Below, piece after piece: positions 1 through 12,837 of a DNA stretch of 64,000 nucleotides; positions within the stretch are counted from its first letter, which is position 1, and every line of letters starts with the position of its first letter. The DNA lies in assembly GCA_964016885.1 (NCBI GenBank), contig OZ024747.1:52700001-52764000 (forward strand), read 5' to 3'. Source of the DNA: Eledone cirrhosa. Its lineage: Eukaryota. The notes below the pieces were generated by a model that had not been told where the DNA came from, did no database searches, and was given only the letters and a program-made list of their open reading frames with translations. A program made the translations under genes and the position numbers.

Positions 1-237
1 CAATGGTAGTTTCTCACAGTTTAGTATCATAGATCCAGTGGTAATTTCTCACAGTTTAGTATCATAGAACCAATGGTAGTTTCAGGTAGCTTATCATCAT
101 AGAACCAATAGTAGTTTCACACAGTTTATATAATAGAACTAGTAGTAGTTTCTCACAGTTTAGTATCATAAAACCAGTGGTAGTTTCTCACAGCTTAGTA
201 TCATAGATCCAGTGGTAGTTTCACACAACTTAGTATG
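1..237. repeat. 35-bp minisatellite, ~6.7 copies, truncated by window start
   Basis: Unit ~CAGTGGTAGTTTCTCACAGTTTAGTATCATAGAAC recurs at 35-bp period. Confidence 0.9.
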
Positions 238-368
238 AAAAGTGGACAGAATAAATGCTGATAATTTTGAAACAGCCATGGCATATTTATGGCAAGTTAC
301 AAATTCACCATCAGCTCTTGTGTTTTACAATGACATACTGTGTTATTTACAATTGTAATCATATTCAT

Positions 369-428
<60 letters not shown>

Positions 429-662
429 CACTTTAGGACGAAGACCTTTTCATAATAACAACTGGCAGACAATATTAAACAGAGGATATAAGATATTTGG
501 ACTTTTGATAATAGTGTCTCATTTTTCATTAAATTTACATAAAGAGTCTGGGACTGACTGCTTTTGAAAACAATGACCATTTGATGATATTATCATCATC
601 ATCATCATCATTTTACGTCCGCGTTTCCCTGCTCGCAAGGGATAGTAAATATATATATATAT

Positions 663-790
663 GTAAAAGGTAAACAGAAACAATAAAACTGTAATAGATG
701 AAAGGAATATATTAGTTTAACGCTTGAAATAGCAGGAAGAGGGTCTTAACGTCTTGGACGCTAGTCCTTCATCAGAAGAAAGAATGAGCA
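663..790 (-). mobile_element. Family C hammerhead-bearing element end (degenerate minimal HHR at 744-779)
   Basis: Minus strand reads TCTT-CTGATGA-A-GGAC-TAGC-GTCC-aAgAC-GTT-AAGA: stem I TCTT/AAGA, stem II GGAC/GTCC, GAAAC box mutated to AAGAC. Tail ends in (TA)n. Confidence 0.6.
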
Positions 791-835
791 ATTAGTTAGA
801 TTGAGGGGACAGGCAGTGCGATATATATATATATA

Positions 836-1166
836 TATAACTGAACAAAAAAAAAAAAAACGAACACAGACATATACATATATGTGTTCAAATCGTAATG
901 GACCAGATCCGCTAAGGTGAAAAGAATACTAACTACAGACAATAGGGAATGCTAGGCTCAATTTAAGAATAAATCAAGAAAAATAAATACAAACCAGAAT
1001 TGTGGTCTGGTTAGTATTTATTTTTCTTGATTTATTCTTAAATTGAGTGTAGCAAACCCTATTGTAGTTAGTATGTAGTTAGTATTCTTTTCACCTTAGT
1101 GAATCTGGTCCATTACGATTTGAACACATATATGTATATGTCTGTGTTCGTTTTTGTTCAGTTATA
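836..1166. repeat. Long inverted repeat (~160-bp arms, 7-nt loop at 999-1005)
   Basis: Left arm (AACTGAAC...AAATACAAACCAGA) is the reverse complement of right arm (TCTGGTTAGTATTT...GTTCAGTT) with a few mismatches/indels. Confidence 0.92.
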
Positions 1167-1246
1167 CTATACGGCTCGGAAAACCTCTTTCCTGGAGCTA
1201 ATTTACTGGAATGAGACTATTTTGAGTTTCTACCTCAATACATGCC

Positions 1247-1293
<47 letters not shown>

Positions 1294-2009
1294 TGCAGCT
1301 GCATAGTGCTAATCATGTGGATTTGAATAAAGCAAAACCCTGACCTGATGGGACTTAACAGACGTTCTGATTGCTAAGTTGATGTTGCCTTGGGATGGTA
1401 ATATTGAGTGGAAACAAGAAAGTAAGGAAGTAAAATCTGTGGTTTGTGTGAGGCATGAAGATGACTGTGTAGAGTGTTCCCTGTAAGGAATAAGGAATCT
1501 CATAGATTTGTAGTTATACCCATTATGTCTGCCTACCTGGCTGGCATTGGACTTAGGAAGAACAGCAGAGCTGTAATACCTGGTCTGGCGATGAAAGTAG
1601 AAAATACTTCATCATGAATGTGACAAAATCATGTGAGAGAAAAGACTAAAGCAGAATGCAAAAGATTAAATCATCAGTGAGAAGCAAATGAAAACAATTC
1701 TTGTATGGTTGGTTTGGTTACAGCTGCACCTAGTTGCAGTGGGATGACTGCATTGTTGTTGGAAGAAAAAGCATGATTAAATGATGGCCCAAAGTAGCTG
1801 GACTTTGCCTAGTTGTACCAGTAGAGCTGTAACACTGTTGAGGAGAGCAATAATGTCTAATGTGAGGAAGGCGCTGAAATCAATGTGATCTCTAATGAAT
1901 AACAGATGAGATGTAAACTAATGGCACCCAAGAGATGTAGTAGAATTGTAATAGAATTGTGGAGAAGGTGGGTGTTGGATATGGAAACTTAACAGGAGTA
2001 AAAACTAAA

Positions 2010-2625
2010 AGCACATATTGAACAGTGTTTCTAATATGCTCAGATAGCCTTCTAGAAGTTGATTGTTTTTCTCATCTAGGCAACTTAATTATCGGTGGTC
2101 ATGAGTATCTCCAAATGTATAGTAAACAGAATAAGAATGAGCTGGAAAAAATTCTTCAGTGATCCTCAGCTGGTAACAAAAGGTTTCTCTCTCAGAGTGA
2201 AGAGCAGATTCCATGATGCTTGTATACAAAATTTTATGTTATATGACAGTGAGTCACAGGCCTTTGAATGCGGAAAATTTGCAAAAGTTAGACAGACATG
2301 AACCAAGTATGTTTTGATGAATGTGTTATGTTAGTATACATGAGTTAAGAGAAAAACTGGATATGAGAGGAGTCAGATGTGATGGGCAAGAAAGACTGTG
2401 CTAGTACAGGCAAGTGGTGTGTATGGATGATGCTAGATGTATAAAGAAGTATAGAGCACCCTGAGTGGATGAAACCTGAGGAAGAAAGAGTCCCAGAAAG
2501 ATACATGATAAAATGTTGAAGAAGTATCTCAGGGTGCTTAACAACATGAATGAGATGTCAAAAGACTGCAATGATTGGTGATATGAGACACAGGAAAAGT
2601 CCTGCCCAGCTATGCAAGCAATGTT
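2010..2625 (+). mobile_element. Decayed RTE-clade LINE, 3' part of the RT ORF
   Basis: ORF 2095-2301 contains LVTKGFSLRVKSRFHDACIQNFMLYDSES, resembling the RTE C-terminal 'K.RLY.ACV...MLYGSE' motif. Downstream frames give LREKLDMRGVRC and degenerate RGRP.K.W-like residues, with stops and frameshifts. Confidence 0.75.
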
Positions 2626-2979
2626 AAAATCACAGTAGTGATTGAGGCTGGGAGGTAGAACAAATATATACATTTGGAGGCCTCTCGCCAATATGTTCCT
2701 GGGTGTCTCTCACAAACATGTCCCTGGCTGTCCAACATCTCCCAGGGTTCAAGACAGTTTGATCAAGAGTTACTGCCATAGGAAAACTGTATGAATTCCT
2801 GTTTTTAGAATCTTTGCATGTTGTAAGAGATGACTGACATTCAGCTATAGAAGACTACTACATATAGATGTCATGTCTAACTCAAGCTATAGATCTGTGC
2901 ATCTGTGGGATCAGCTGTTATTATTTATGCTTGTCTTCAAAGATGACATTGGATTAGTGTAGATTTATATATATATATA

Positions 2980-3078
2980 GAGGTGTGTGGCCTACTGGTT
3001 GGGGTGTTGGACTGGCTTTGATTCCTGAATCAGGTGGTGTGTTATGTTCTTGAGTAAGGTGCTGCATTTCATGTAGCT
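2980..3078 (+). mobile_element. Diverged SINE head (CORE-like family 2)
   Basis: GGTGTGTGGCCTACTGGTT A-box-like start and TGTTCTTGAGTAAGG core, similar to 16930-17050. Confidence 0.5.
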
Positions 3079-3354
3079 TTTCATGATAGGACGGGAGGCT
3101 TTATCGGTAAATTATCCAAGAGATATCTTATGAGATACAACCTTGTATGAGGCCTCCTACATCTGGAGAGGTGTGAGCTGTAAATTTCAATTCATTTCTT
3201 TTTCATATACATCCATTCTTGTGTAGATATGTTTAAAAATATAATGCATATGAATATATTCACAACTAAATTTGGAGAAGAGGTGAAGAAATAATATAAA
3301 TAGAAATAAGAAAAATGGTAATTTATCAGGTAAGACAAATTTCAAAATGCTTCA

Positions 3355-3550
3355 AAGTAACCCAAGTGGAAGGAAGACACATTAGAGGAAGACCAGAAGT
3401 GGTGTGAGCTGACCTCAGATTGCTGAAGCTCACAGAGGAGATGACAAAGGACCATGACAAATGGAGAGATGCTGAAGAAGACCTGTCGCACTCATGGAAG
3501 TAGGGAAAAGCAGATGTATGATGATGATGATGATCATCATCATCATCATT
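3355..3550 (+). mobile_element. RTE LINE 3' terminus with (GAT)n tail
   Basis: AGAGGAAGACCA (RGRP) then LKLTEEMTKDHDKWRD, followed by ATGATGATG tail; parallels the end of 2010-2625. Confidence 0.65.
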
Positions 3551-3874
3551 CTACTTAATTGCATTGCATGAAATCTTATTGGCAAGACATTCTTGAGAAG
3601 TCCAAAATAGCACAATGACGACATCACATTAAATATTTAAATTGCAGCAAATTTTCACAACAATCTGTCCACTAGTCAAGTTCTGAACATTTGAAGTAAT
3701 AACTGTTTTTTAAGTATTTACTGCTAAATCATTACATGATGTTAACAGTTAATCCACATGCCCTTTCAATCAATTTTGGGGTCACTGAAAAGGATCAAAG
3801 TCATTGCACTTTCCTCTTGACTAAAACAGTAAAAGGTAAATAAATATTACTAGTATAAATGTTGTGGTTGGCCA

Positions 3875-4101
3875 GGTCCTATCATTCATGGTTGGTCACT
3901 ATTGTTAGTGGTTGGTCTCTAATGTCAGTAGGTGGTTCTTATTGTCAGTGGTTGGTCCCTTTGTTAACATTTGAACTCTTTGTCAGAAGTTGTTTACTTT
4001 TGTCAGTGGATGGACCCTATTGTCAGTGGTTGGTCCCTATTGTCAGTGGTTAGGCCCTATTGTCAGTGGTTGGCCCTATTGTCAGTGGTTGGGCCCTATT
4101 G
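3875..4101. repeat. ~20-bp minisatellite (CCCTATTGTCAGTGGTTGG), degenerating leftward
   Basis: Four or five clean copies at 4015-4101, diverged copies upstream. Confidence 0.85.
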
Positions 4102-5254
4102 TTATCTAAATCTATGGATAGAAATGGTATCATAACCATTAGGTTTCTCTCTACATAGTGGTATTAGTGGTGATGTAATCACAATGAATGTACTCCAATG
4201 TAATGTATGAATAGTAGAAGTAATAGTAGTAATAGTAGCAATAACAGTAGTAGTAGTAACAGTGCAGATCTGGGATTAATATCATGTTTCGTTTTTATGG
4301 AGTTGGACTTATGATCATAAGGTCGAGAGTTCAATTTCCTGGATTGGGCAGCATATTGTGTTTTTGATGAAGATGATTTTTTTTCTTTTCACATTGCTGT
4401 TTTTGATAGGATTAATAAACTCAAGACACTATGCAACCAGCTAAATCTGTAGAGGTAATAACTGTAAATTTCATTTTCTCCATTCTGATTTCACTCGGGG
4501 CCAAGAACCACACACAATTTTTCACAGTGGTTTTTAGAGTCAGGAAGAGCATAAATCCGGCTACAAAGCATTGCTTCAAAAAACCAAGTCCAACCAATGC
4601 CAGCTTAGGAAGGTGGATGTAAAAGCAATGATGAAGATAATGATACACTGATACACATACAAACTACCTCCTAACAAACACCAGATATACATCTCATTGT
4701 TTCACATAACAAAAACAGACAGATGTTAATCTTAAATCCTTGATTCAGGTCATAAATAATGTTCCTAAGTCACCTGCTGGACAGTTGCAGCTGTGACATA
4801 AGCTAAATGGTAAATCCTCCATGTACTGTGCTAAATATCCACCCAGTCACACATTGGCAGTCACCAGTCTGGTTTTGGTAATAGCTAGAGAGAGAAAATG
4901 TATGAACAAAACCTTGTTCAATTACCCATCTAGCCTTAGACCAAGTCAACTTGTCCAACCCATGCCAGCATCTGAAAAGGATTTAAAAAGTCTGCTTGCA
5001 CTATATATATATATTAGGATGGGCATCTAGCTGTCGAAACCAAGCCCAAATCAGTTCAGTATGAGTAAGACATCGTCACCTGACCTGGCTTTTCTCACAG
5101 CAGGACGGTCTAACCTATGCCAGCACGGAAAAATGGCCATTAAACGGTGATGATGATGATATATATATATATATAGAGAGAGAGAGAAGAGCATCCAACC
5201 ATAGAAACTATGCGCCAAGTACATGTTTTGAGGTGGTTGGCATTAAGATGGGCA

Positions 5255-5750
5255 TATATACATATATATATATTATATACATATATATATATATTATATA
5301 CATATATATATATATTATATACATATATATATATATTATATACATATATATATATATTATATACATATATATATATATTATATACATATATACATACATT
5401 ATATACATATATATGTATATACATATATATTTCATACATATATATATACATACATACACACATATATATTATATACATATATATATATATATACACACAT
5501 ATATATATATATATATATACATATATGTACACACATATATACATACATATATATATATGCACACATATATATACACATATACACACATATATATATACAC
5601 ATATACACACATATATATATACACATATACACACATATATATATATACACATATACACACATATATATATATACACATATACACACATATATATATATAC
5701 ACATATACACACATATATATATATATATATATACACATATATATATACAG

Positions 5751-5785
<35 letters not shown>

Positions 5786-5970
5786 ACATATATATATTAT
5801 ATATATATAAATATATATATATTATATATATATTATATATATATTATATATATATATTATATACACATATATAGATATATATATTATATACACATATATA
5901 GATATATATATTATATATACACATATATACATATATAGATATTTTATATATACATATATAATATATATAT
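5255..5970. repeat. Complex (TA)n/(CA) microsatellite array
   Basis: Direct inspection; internal 21-bp periodicity at the start. Confidence 0.95.
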
Positions 5971-6223
5971 TCTGGTGGTTTTCTGCTAGCATGTGTAGTG
6001 TGTATATTGATATTATACGCAAGTATATATACATGTAGATATGATACATCAAATAAAATCGTAATTGACAATATACACAGAAATTGAACGAAGACGTTGT
6101 TACACTGTCTTATGTAATCAGTAACGTAATCCATGATACATAAAAAAAAGACGATATTATATATAAACTGCATTACGAGAAAATTAGTGACAGAAAATTA
6201 GTATGTTTATTTAAGTGATCGCC

Positions 6224-6302
6224 ACCGGAAGTGTTGACATCACACACTCTCTCTTTCTATGGTAGTTGAAGTGGTGGTGGTGACAACGATATACCGGAAG
6301 TG
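6224..6302 (+). promoter_or_regulatory. Pair of ETS-type motifs (ACCGGAAGTG), candidate promoter
   Basis: Identical 10-mers at 6224-6233 and 6293-6302 in unique sequence. Confidence 0.4.
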
Positions 6303-7025
6303 CAACTTTGAAAAGAAGTCAATTTTAAGTTATTTATTTTTACGAAATTAATTTTGTGTGCGAAATTTAGTAGATAAATTATGTAATATTCATTCATTAT
6401 TTATTCAAAGTAATCCAACTTATTTTACTAACGGGATAAAAAAAAATATACCGTACGCAGTCCCGCAGACCTTCCTTTATTAAAGTTTAGATATTATATA
6501 CGTATATATATATATCTCATCATCATTTTACGTCCATTTTACGTTTTTCCCTGCTTGCATAAGTCAACTTTGCCTTTCACACATTCCAGGTTGATAAAAA
6601 AAAAGTACCAGTCAAGTACTGGGGTCATTCTTCCCTCATGTCTCTTTCTCCCTTCTGTTCTCTTCTATTCTCCAAAAGAAATCTGATGTATTCAGACCTG
6701 GAGAGGAAATGGGCTCTGCCAGGTTTAAAAAATTGTCCTAGAAACACTGTATAACTCCCTCAGAAGTTAGGGGACCATGCATGTTATATGTAGATATATA
6801 TCCAAATATTTGAGGTCCGTGGGTAATCCGCTGGCTGGACAGGGTGTTAAAATAGAACAGCCACAAGGTTTAAGTAAATATCGAGGTTAAAAAAAGATCA
6901 AGTGAGATGTGATCTGCCTATCAACCCATCCAACCCAGACTAGTATGGAAAGCAGACATAGAATGCTGAGGATGGAGATTTCCAAAGAATTCCATTAATA
7001 CCAAACCTGACCAATTTCATTTAAC

Positions 7026-7074
7026 ATTCCTGATGATTTCACACCAACAGAACAGTTCTAACCCTGTAGGAGCC
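7026..7074 (+). ncRNA. Degenerate family A hammerhead
   Basis: CTGATGATTTC...GAACAGTTCTAACCCTGTAGGAGCC matches family A, but stem II and the GAAA box are damaged. Confidence 0.5.
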
Positions 7075-7759
7075 ATTTCTATAATATATTTATAATACAC
7101 ACACACACACATACATACACATAAATAGATTATTATCTCCATGAGATAAATGTTTCTAATCTATGTACAAGGCCAGCAATTCGAGTGACTCCGATGCTGG
7201 CAATTTATAGAAATGGAAAAGATGAATGGCACAATTGACCCAGGCACGATTTGAACATAGAATGTATAAAGAGTCAGAACAAATAGCACAATGACAATTT
7301 ATTCGATGCTCTACCAATTCTGCCAATCCATCAGACACAGGTAACTTAGTACATCATTTACACCTACATACTTATCTCCACCGGCAAGTATATGTGACAT
7401 GTGCATGCATATATGCAACTACAACGGGCACAATACATGTAGATTTGTATGTGTGTATGAAAGTATGTGTGCGTGCGTGCGTGTATATAAGTAAATGTGT
7501 GTAAGAGTGTATGTGTATAAGAGTGCGTGTGTGTGTATACAGGTGTGTGTGTGTGTATGGGTGTATAAATAAATGTGTGTGTGTGTGTGTATGTAGTCAA
7601 CAGCCATTAATGTATTGTCACGCCGCAACCGTCAGTCTCTTCCCAATTGACAATAAACTTTCGTTAGTACATTACAATAAATGGTAGAGCTATGAACATC
7701 AGCTAGACCGACACAACCTCCTTCACAACCAGCACTACAGTAACATATACATACACACG

Positions 7760-7826
<67 letters not shown>

Positions 7827-7856
7827 GAGAGAGAGAGAGAGAGAGGAGAGTGGCTA

Positions 7857-7988
7857 GGTTACTATAGTAACTAAACAACTCGGTCACCTGCAATTACACC
7901 AGTCAGTTTAGTTCCTGCATCTATATGCACAAGTGTGTATATATATATCTATACCTATGTCTGCCTGTGCTGCATATATATGTATATA

Positions 7989-8028
<40 letters not shown>

Positions 8029-8088
8029 ATAATTCTACTTTCACTATTGATATTGGGGTTACTATAGCAACTAAACAACTCGGTCACC
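7857..8088. promoter_or_regulatory. Duplicated 32-bp block, each copy with an RFX X-box-like palindrome
   Basis: GTTACTATAGTAAC (7858-7871) and GTTACTATAGCAAC (8058-8071), each followed by TAAACAACTCGGTCACC, 200 bp apart. Confidence 0.45.
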
Positions 8089-8132
8089 AACCATCACAGC
8101 AGCTAGTTTCTCTCTCTCTCTCTGTCCCTGTG

Positions 8133-8197
<65 letters not shown>

Positions 8198-8302
8198 TTC
8201 AAAATATTAACAGAATAGATATTCTTGTGATCAAGTATATTTTATTATACATATTTCCTGATCACAAGTACATCTATTTTGTTAATATTAATAACTCTGG
8301 AA

Positions 8303-8489
8303 GGGCGGTGGATTGGCAGTAACGGTAGAGGATCGGACGTCATGCTTTGACACATAGAGTTACGGCCCTTGCCATTCCGAGTTCAAATCCCGCTGAGGTT
8401 AACTTTGCCTTTCATCCTTACGGGGTCGATAAAATAAAGTACCAGTAATTCACTGTCTAATTGCTGGCCTTGTACCAAAAGCAGAAACA
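8303..8489 (+). mobile_element. Full-length tRNA-derived SINE (family 1) with 16-bp TSD
   Basis: A box TGGCAGTAACGG, B box GAGTTCAAATCC, central GCCTTTCATCCTTACGGGGTCGATAAAATAAAGTACCAG. TSD ATTAATAACTCTGGAA at 8287-8302 and 8490-8505. Confidence 0.92.
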
Positions 8490-8586
8490 ATTAATAACTC
8501 TGGAAAAAAATTTTTTATCAGTTGAGTGCTTCCAATCTATTGTAAAACTCATCCTTTGATGTATTCATTGAACCTTGTTTAACTTT

Positions 8587-8641
<55 letters not shown>

Positions 8642-8652
8642 GTGTGTGTGTG

Positions 8653-8835
8653 CCGCGGGTTCGATCGGAGGGTAACCCCAATTAGTAAGGTACTCTATAC
8701 ATTACTAGACTAAAACATAAAAAGTAAAATAATAGAAATGGTTTCTACAGGGCTAGAACTGTTTCATTCAAAAGAAATCATCAGGAAAGCCCTGATGAAT
8801 TTCTTTTGAAGCCATTCATATATTAAACTTGATAA
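8653..8835 (-). mobile_element. Family A element with complete type I hammerhead at 8740-8791
   Basis: Minus strand: GGCTTTC-CTGATGA-T-TTC-TTTT-GAA-T-GAA-ACAG-TTCTAGCC-CTGT-A-GAAACC. A short plus-strand CTGATGA...TTCTTTTGAA repeat follows. Confidence 0.75.
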
Positions 8836-9126
8836 TATATACACATATCTATGTGTTGACACAAGGACAGCTGTGACCTGACCAGACACCCTACAGTCTG
8901 ACAGTTGACAGACTAGATTACCCAAAGCCCCGCCCTCACACAACCACGACGATTTGGGTTTGGTAACATTCGGTCTGATTTGTGTGCTATTTCTAGCAAG
9001 TAGAATGACCATGTTGATAAACCACCTTTCTATTTCTACAGCATATTAATATAATAAACAATGGCTCATCATCAGCATTAACGCAATCTTTCATTATATA
9101 CCCCTTCCTAGTTGTCTCTGTGTATA

Positions 9127-9206
<80 letters not shown>

Positions 9207-9282
9207 GATATATTATATACAGATATATATATATATATATATATATATAATTGAAAATGAACAAAACACAGGAAGCAATTGT

Positions 9283-9314
<32 letters not shown>

Positions 9315-10072
9315 ACATACACACACACATATAACGCGCGCGCACATTTGTCCAACGGATGGCGTTTTTTAAATAAGCAGGGGGAAAATGATGTGAAGTG
9401 CCCTGGGTAATAAGTGGTGGTAGTAGTAGCAGTAGTAGTAGTGGATTTGCTTGTTTTTTTCTCTTTATTTTTATAAGAAATTTAGAAAACTGCCCCCACC
9501 CCCACCTCAGAATAGAAATTAATTTTTTTTTTTTAAACGAAAAAAAAAAAAAAAAAATAATAATAATAATGAAATAAAATCCCTATTCACCTCCTGTGTC
9601 TCCCTGGCAGCCAAACACCCATCACATATGGTGCTTATAACATGGCCAGTTTTATATCATTACACTGGTCAGAGAGGAAAGGGACAGCGATGGAGGGGTG
9701 TGTGGCGAGGTATGAGGAGTACGACAACAGCCCCCCCCCCCCCCCATACACACACACACACACACTCATACACCAACCCAAGCCCAGGATTGAAGCAATA
9801 AAAAAAAAATGAGAGATAATAATGAAAAAGAAAGAAAAGAAAAGCATATGAACTGCTAAGCTTCTGCCTCCACCACCACAGGGCCAGATGCCCCCCTCCA
9901 CCCCGCCTCAGTAGGTCTGAGTTTCTAGCTAGACCAGTTATGCTCCAAATACTACTACTACTACCACCACCACCACCACCACCACCACCACCACCACATT
10001 ATATATTAAATTACACAATTCATTTGACTACATACTGTATGAACTATCTACAACGCATACACCAAATCACTC

Positions 10073-10105
<33 letters not shown>

Positions 10106-10117
10106 TATAAATACATA

Positions 10118-10277
10118 TGTAAATGTGGTTGGTGTTAGGAAGGGTATCCAGCTGTAGAAAACCCGCCAGACAGTCCTATGCGAGCAAGACAACCACTCTT
10201 GCCTCAAGTGGGAAAACTCCCGTCCAAACCCATGCAAGCGTGGAACATGGACGTTAAGCGATGATGATGATGATGAT
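10118..10277 (+). mobile_element. SINE/RTE-type 3' tail ending in (GAT)n
   Basis: TTAGGAAGGGTATCCAGCTGTAGAAAACC...CCATGCAAGCGTGGAACATGGACGTTAAGCGATGATG; nearly identical to the reverse complement of 51298-51475. Confidence 0.8.
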
Positions 10278-10695
10278 ATATATATATACACACATATATA
10301 AATACATATGCATATATATATATGTGTATATATACATATGCAAATATATATACATATACACATATACAATATATATATATAAACGTACATACTTTATACT
10401 ATTATATACACACATATATATACATATATACTATTATATACACACATATATATACATATATACTATTATATACACACATATATATACACATTATATGTAT
10501 ATATTATATATGCATATATATTATATATTTGCAAGTGTTATACACATGAGTAAAGCGGTTGAGCTAAGAAGCACTAGGAATATCTAAAATGTCTGCGTCC
10601 CAAAGCAAATGAGTATAATAACAGTCGATCAGTTGGAGACGAGAAAAAGTAGATAAGAGGGACCTTTGTCCACTTGTCTCCGGCTTTACCCCATT

Positions 10696-10881
10696 GTGGA
10701 TTGGCAGTATCGGTAGAGGGTCGGACACCATGCTTTCCAGCATAGTTACGTCTCTTTACGATCTGAGTTCAAATCCCGCCGAGGTTGACTTTGCCTTTCA
10801 TCCTTACGGGGTCGATAAAATAAAGTACCAGTAATGCACTGGGTAATTGCTGGCCTTGTGCCTAAAGTAGAAACAATTATT
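10696..10881 (+). mobile_element. SINE family 1, near full length
   Basis: Same A/B boxes, core and tail as 8303-8489. Confidence 0.9.
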
Positions 10882-10939
10882 TCAACTATTATTAATAGTG
10901 AACGGCTATTATTGAGGCCAGTTGCGTTAGGACGTATAC

Positions 10940-11007
<68 letters not shown>

Positions 11008-11091
11008 AAAATGAACAAACAAAACACAAGAGGCTATTTTAAAGTCATATTTGGTTCACGCTTGGTGGAAGTGGAATTTCTATCTATATGC

Positions 11092-11145
<54 letters not shown>

Positions 11146-11146
11146 G

Positions 11147-11186
<40 letters not shown>

Positions 11187-11607
11187 CATACATACACGTA
11201 GACATACATATTTCATATATATATATATACACGAACGCAGACATACATATTTTATATATATACATACACATATATATATACTATCTTCTTTCTACACACT
11301 ATGTATTTTCATATGTATAGACAACACAGTAGATTGACAAAAGGGGGGGAACAGAGATAGATCGATAGATAGAGGGATGGGGGAGAATAATACCGTTTAC
11401 GTTGCTAATGTCTCTCATTGCACCTTTCACCATAGATAGCATCACAACCATCATCAGACAGAATTAAACTGCACCAATAGAGAGAGAGGGGAGAGAGAGG
11501 GGAGAGAGAGCGACGGCAGATTTAATTATCGTTGTTACTTTGTTTAAGCAATGGACCAATCAGTCGTTGAACATACATAGATAAATGACAATAGTAATTT
11601 TAGACAT

Positions 11608-12066
11608 TAACACAAGGCCAGCAATTTGAGAGCGACAAGGGGGTGGTGTGGCGTGTCTACTGGGGGGGGGGGAGTAAAAGTCGATTATATAAATACCACC
11701 TGGTACTTTATTTTATCGACCCTCGAATGGATGAAAAGCAAAGTTGACCGCAGCGGGGATTTAACTTCAGAACGCAAAACGTTGGAATATTATGATGATA
11801 ATGATAATTTCTGATTTAGACACAAGGCCAGAAATTTGGAGTAGGGAACGTCGATTAAATCGATCCCCAGTGTGTTACTGGTACTTTATTTTATAGAACC
11901 CGTAAGGATGAAAGGCAAAACTAACCTTGACGGGATTTGAACTCAGAATCTAAAGTGTTAAAAGGTGATGATGGTAATAATTGTAATTGAACATAATAAT
12001 TGTTTCAACTTTTGACACAAGGCCAGCAATTAACCAGTACATTACTGGTACTTTATTTTATCGACC
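11608..12066 (-). mobile_element. Three tandem partial SINE family 1 copies
   Basis: Repeated CACAAGGCCAG...CTGGTACTTTATTTTAT blocks starting near 11610, 11820 and 12015. Confidence 0.8.
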
Positions 12067-12534
12067 ATAATAATGATAATAACCGTAATGATAGGTGGGA
12101 TAATAAAAGTAATAATTGTGAGGTTGGTAGAAGTAATTTTGCCAGATGAGGCCAGCTTTTAAAACACAATCTAAATTGGGAGTGAGTGTACTTGGTAATC
12201 ATAAATATATTTTGGCTGCCTCTCATGGGGGTGGACGGCGGTGAATGGGGGTGGACGGTGGTGGATTGTGGAGGACGGTGGTGGATTGTGGAGGACGGAA
12301 GAGCACAGATAACAAAACTGAAGCCATAAAATCTCAACTGCTGTCCTGTAAAAAAAAAAAGCTTGAATGTCATCTAAATATGAGATTATATACACACACA
12401 CACACACACACACGTGTGTGTGTACGTGTGTATACTTACATTTATATATCAGCTGTGCTAGAGCGAGAAATAAGATTCTAACTTTATATATATATATACG
12501 ATAATATAAATATAACGTCATAACGTATACGTAG

Positions 12535-12795
12535 GACTTCCGTCGTTTCGAACGACGAGTGATCCAGTTGATTAAATCAACAGAACAGCCTGCTCCTGAA
12601 ATTAACGTACAAGTGGCTGAGCATTCCAGGGAGACGTTTACATTTAACATAGTTCTCAGGGAGATTCAGCATGGCAGTGGGTGACAATCCAATGTTGCCA
12701 TCTGGGCGGACAGGAGCAACGTAAAATAAAGATACTTGCTCAAGAACATCGTATCGCCTGGCATGGGTATCGAATGCACGACCCTAACTACTAAG
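12535..12795 (-). mobile_element. SINE family 2 (CORE-like head plus conserved tail)
   Basis: ACGACGAGTGATCCAGTTGAT...CAAGTGGCTGAGCA...CTTGCTCAAGAAC shared with 33915-34128 and 56930-57225. Confidence 0.75.
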
Positions 12796-12837
12796 CTTTA
12801 TATGTATATATATATATGTGTGTGTGGGGGGGGGGGT

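Noticed and set aside
1300-2000. Possible decayed LINE ORF2 on the minus strand
   Set aside because: Composition is suggestive, but I could not read a convincing endonuclease or RT motif; BLASTX would be needed.
2095-2301. Host protein-coding gene
   Set aside because: Matches an RTE retrotransposon C-terminus with stops and frameshifts around it.
8303-8400. tRNA gene
   Set aside because: The A and B boxes belong to a SINE head; spacing is too long, there is no cloverleaf, and it continues into the SINE body with a TSD.
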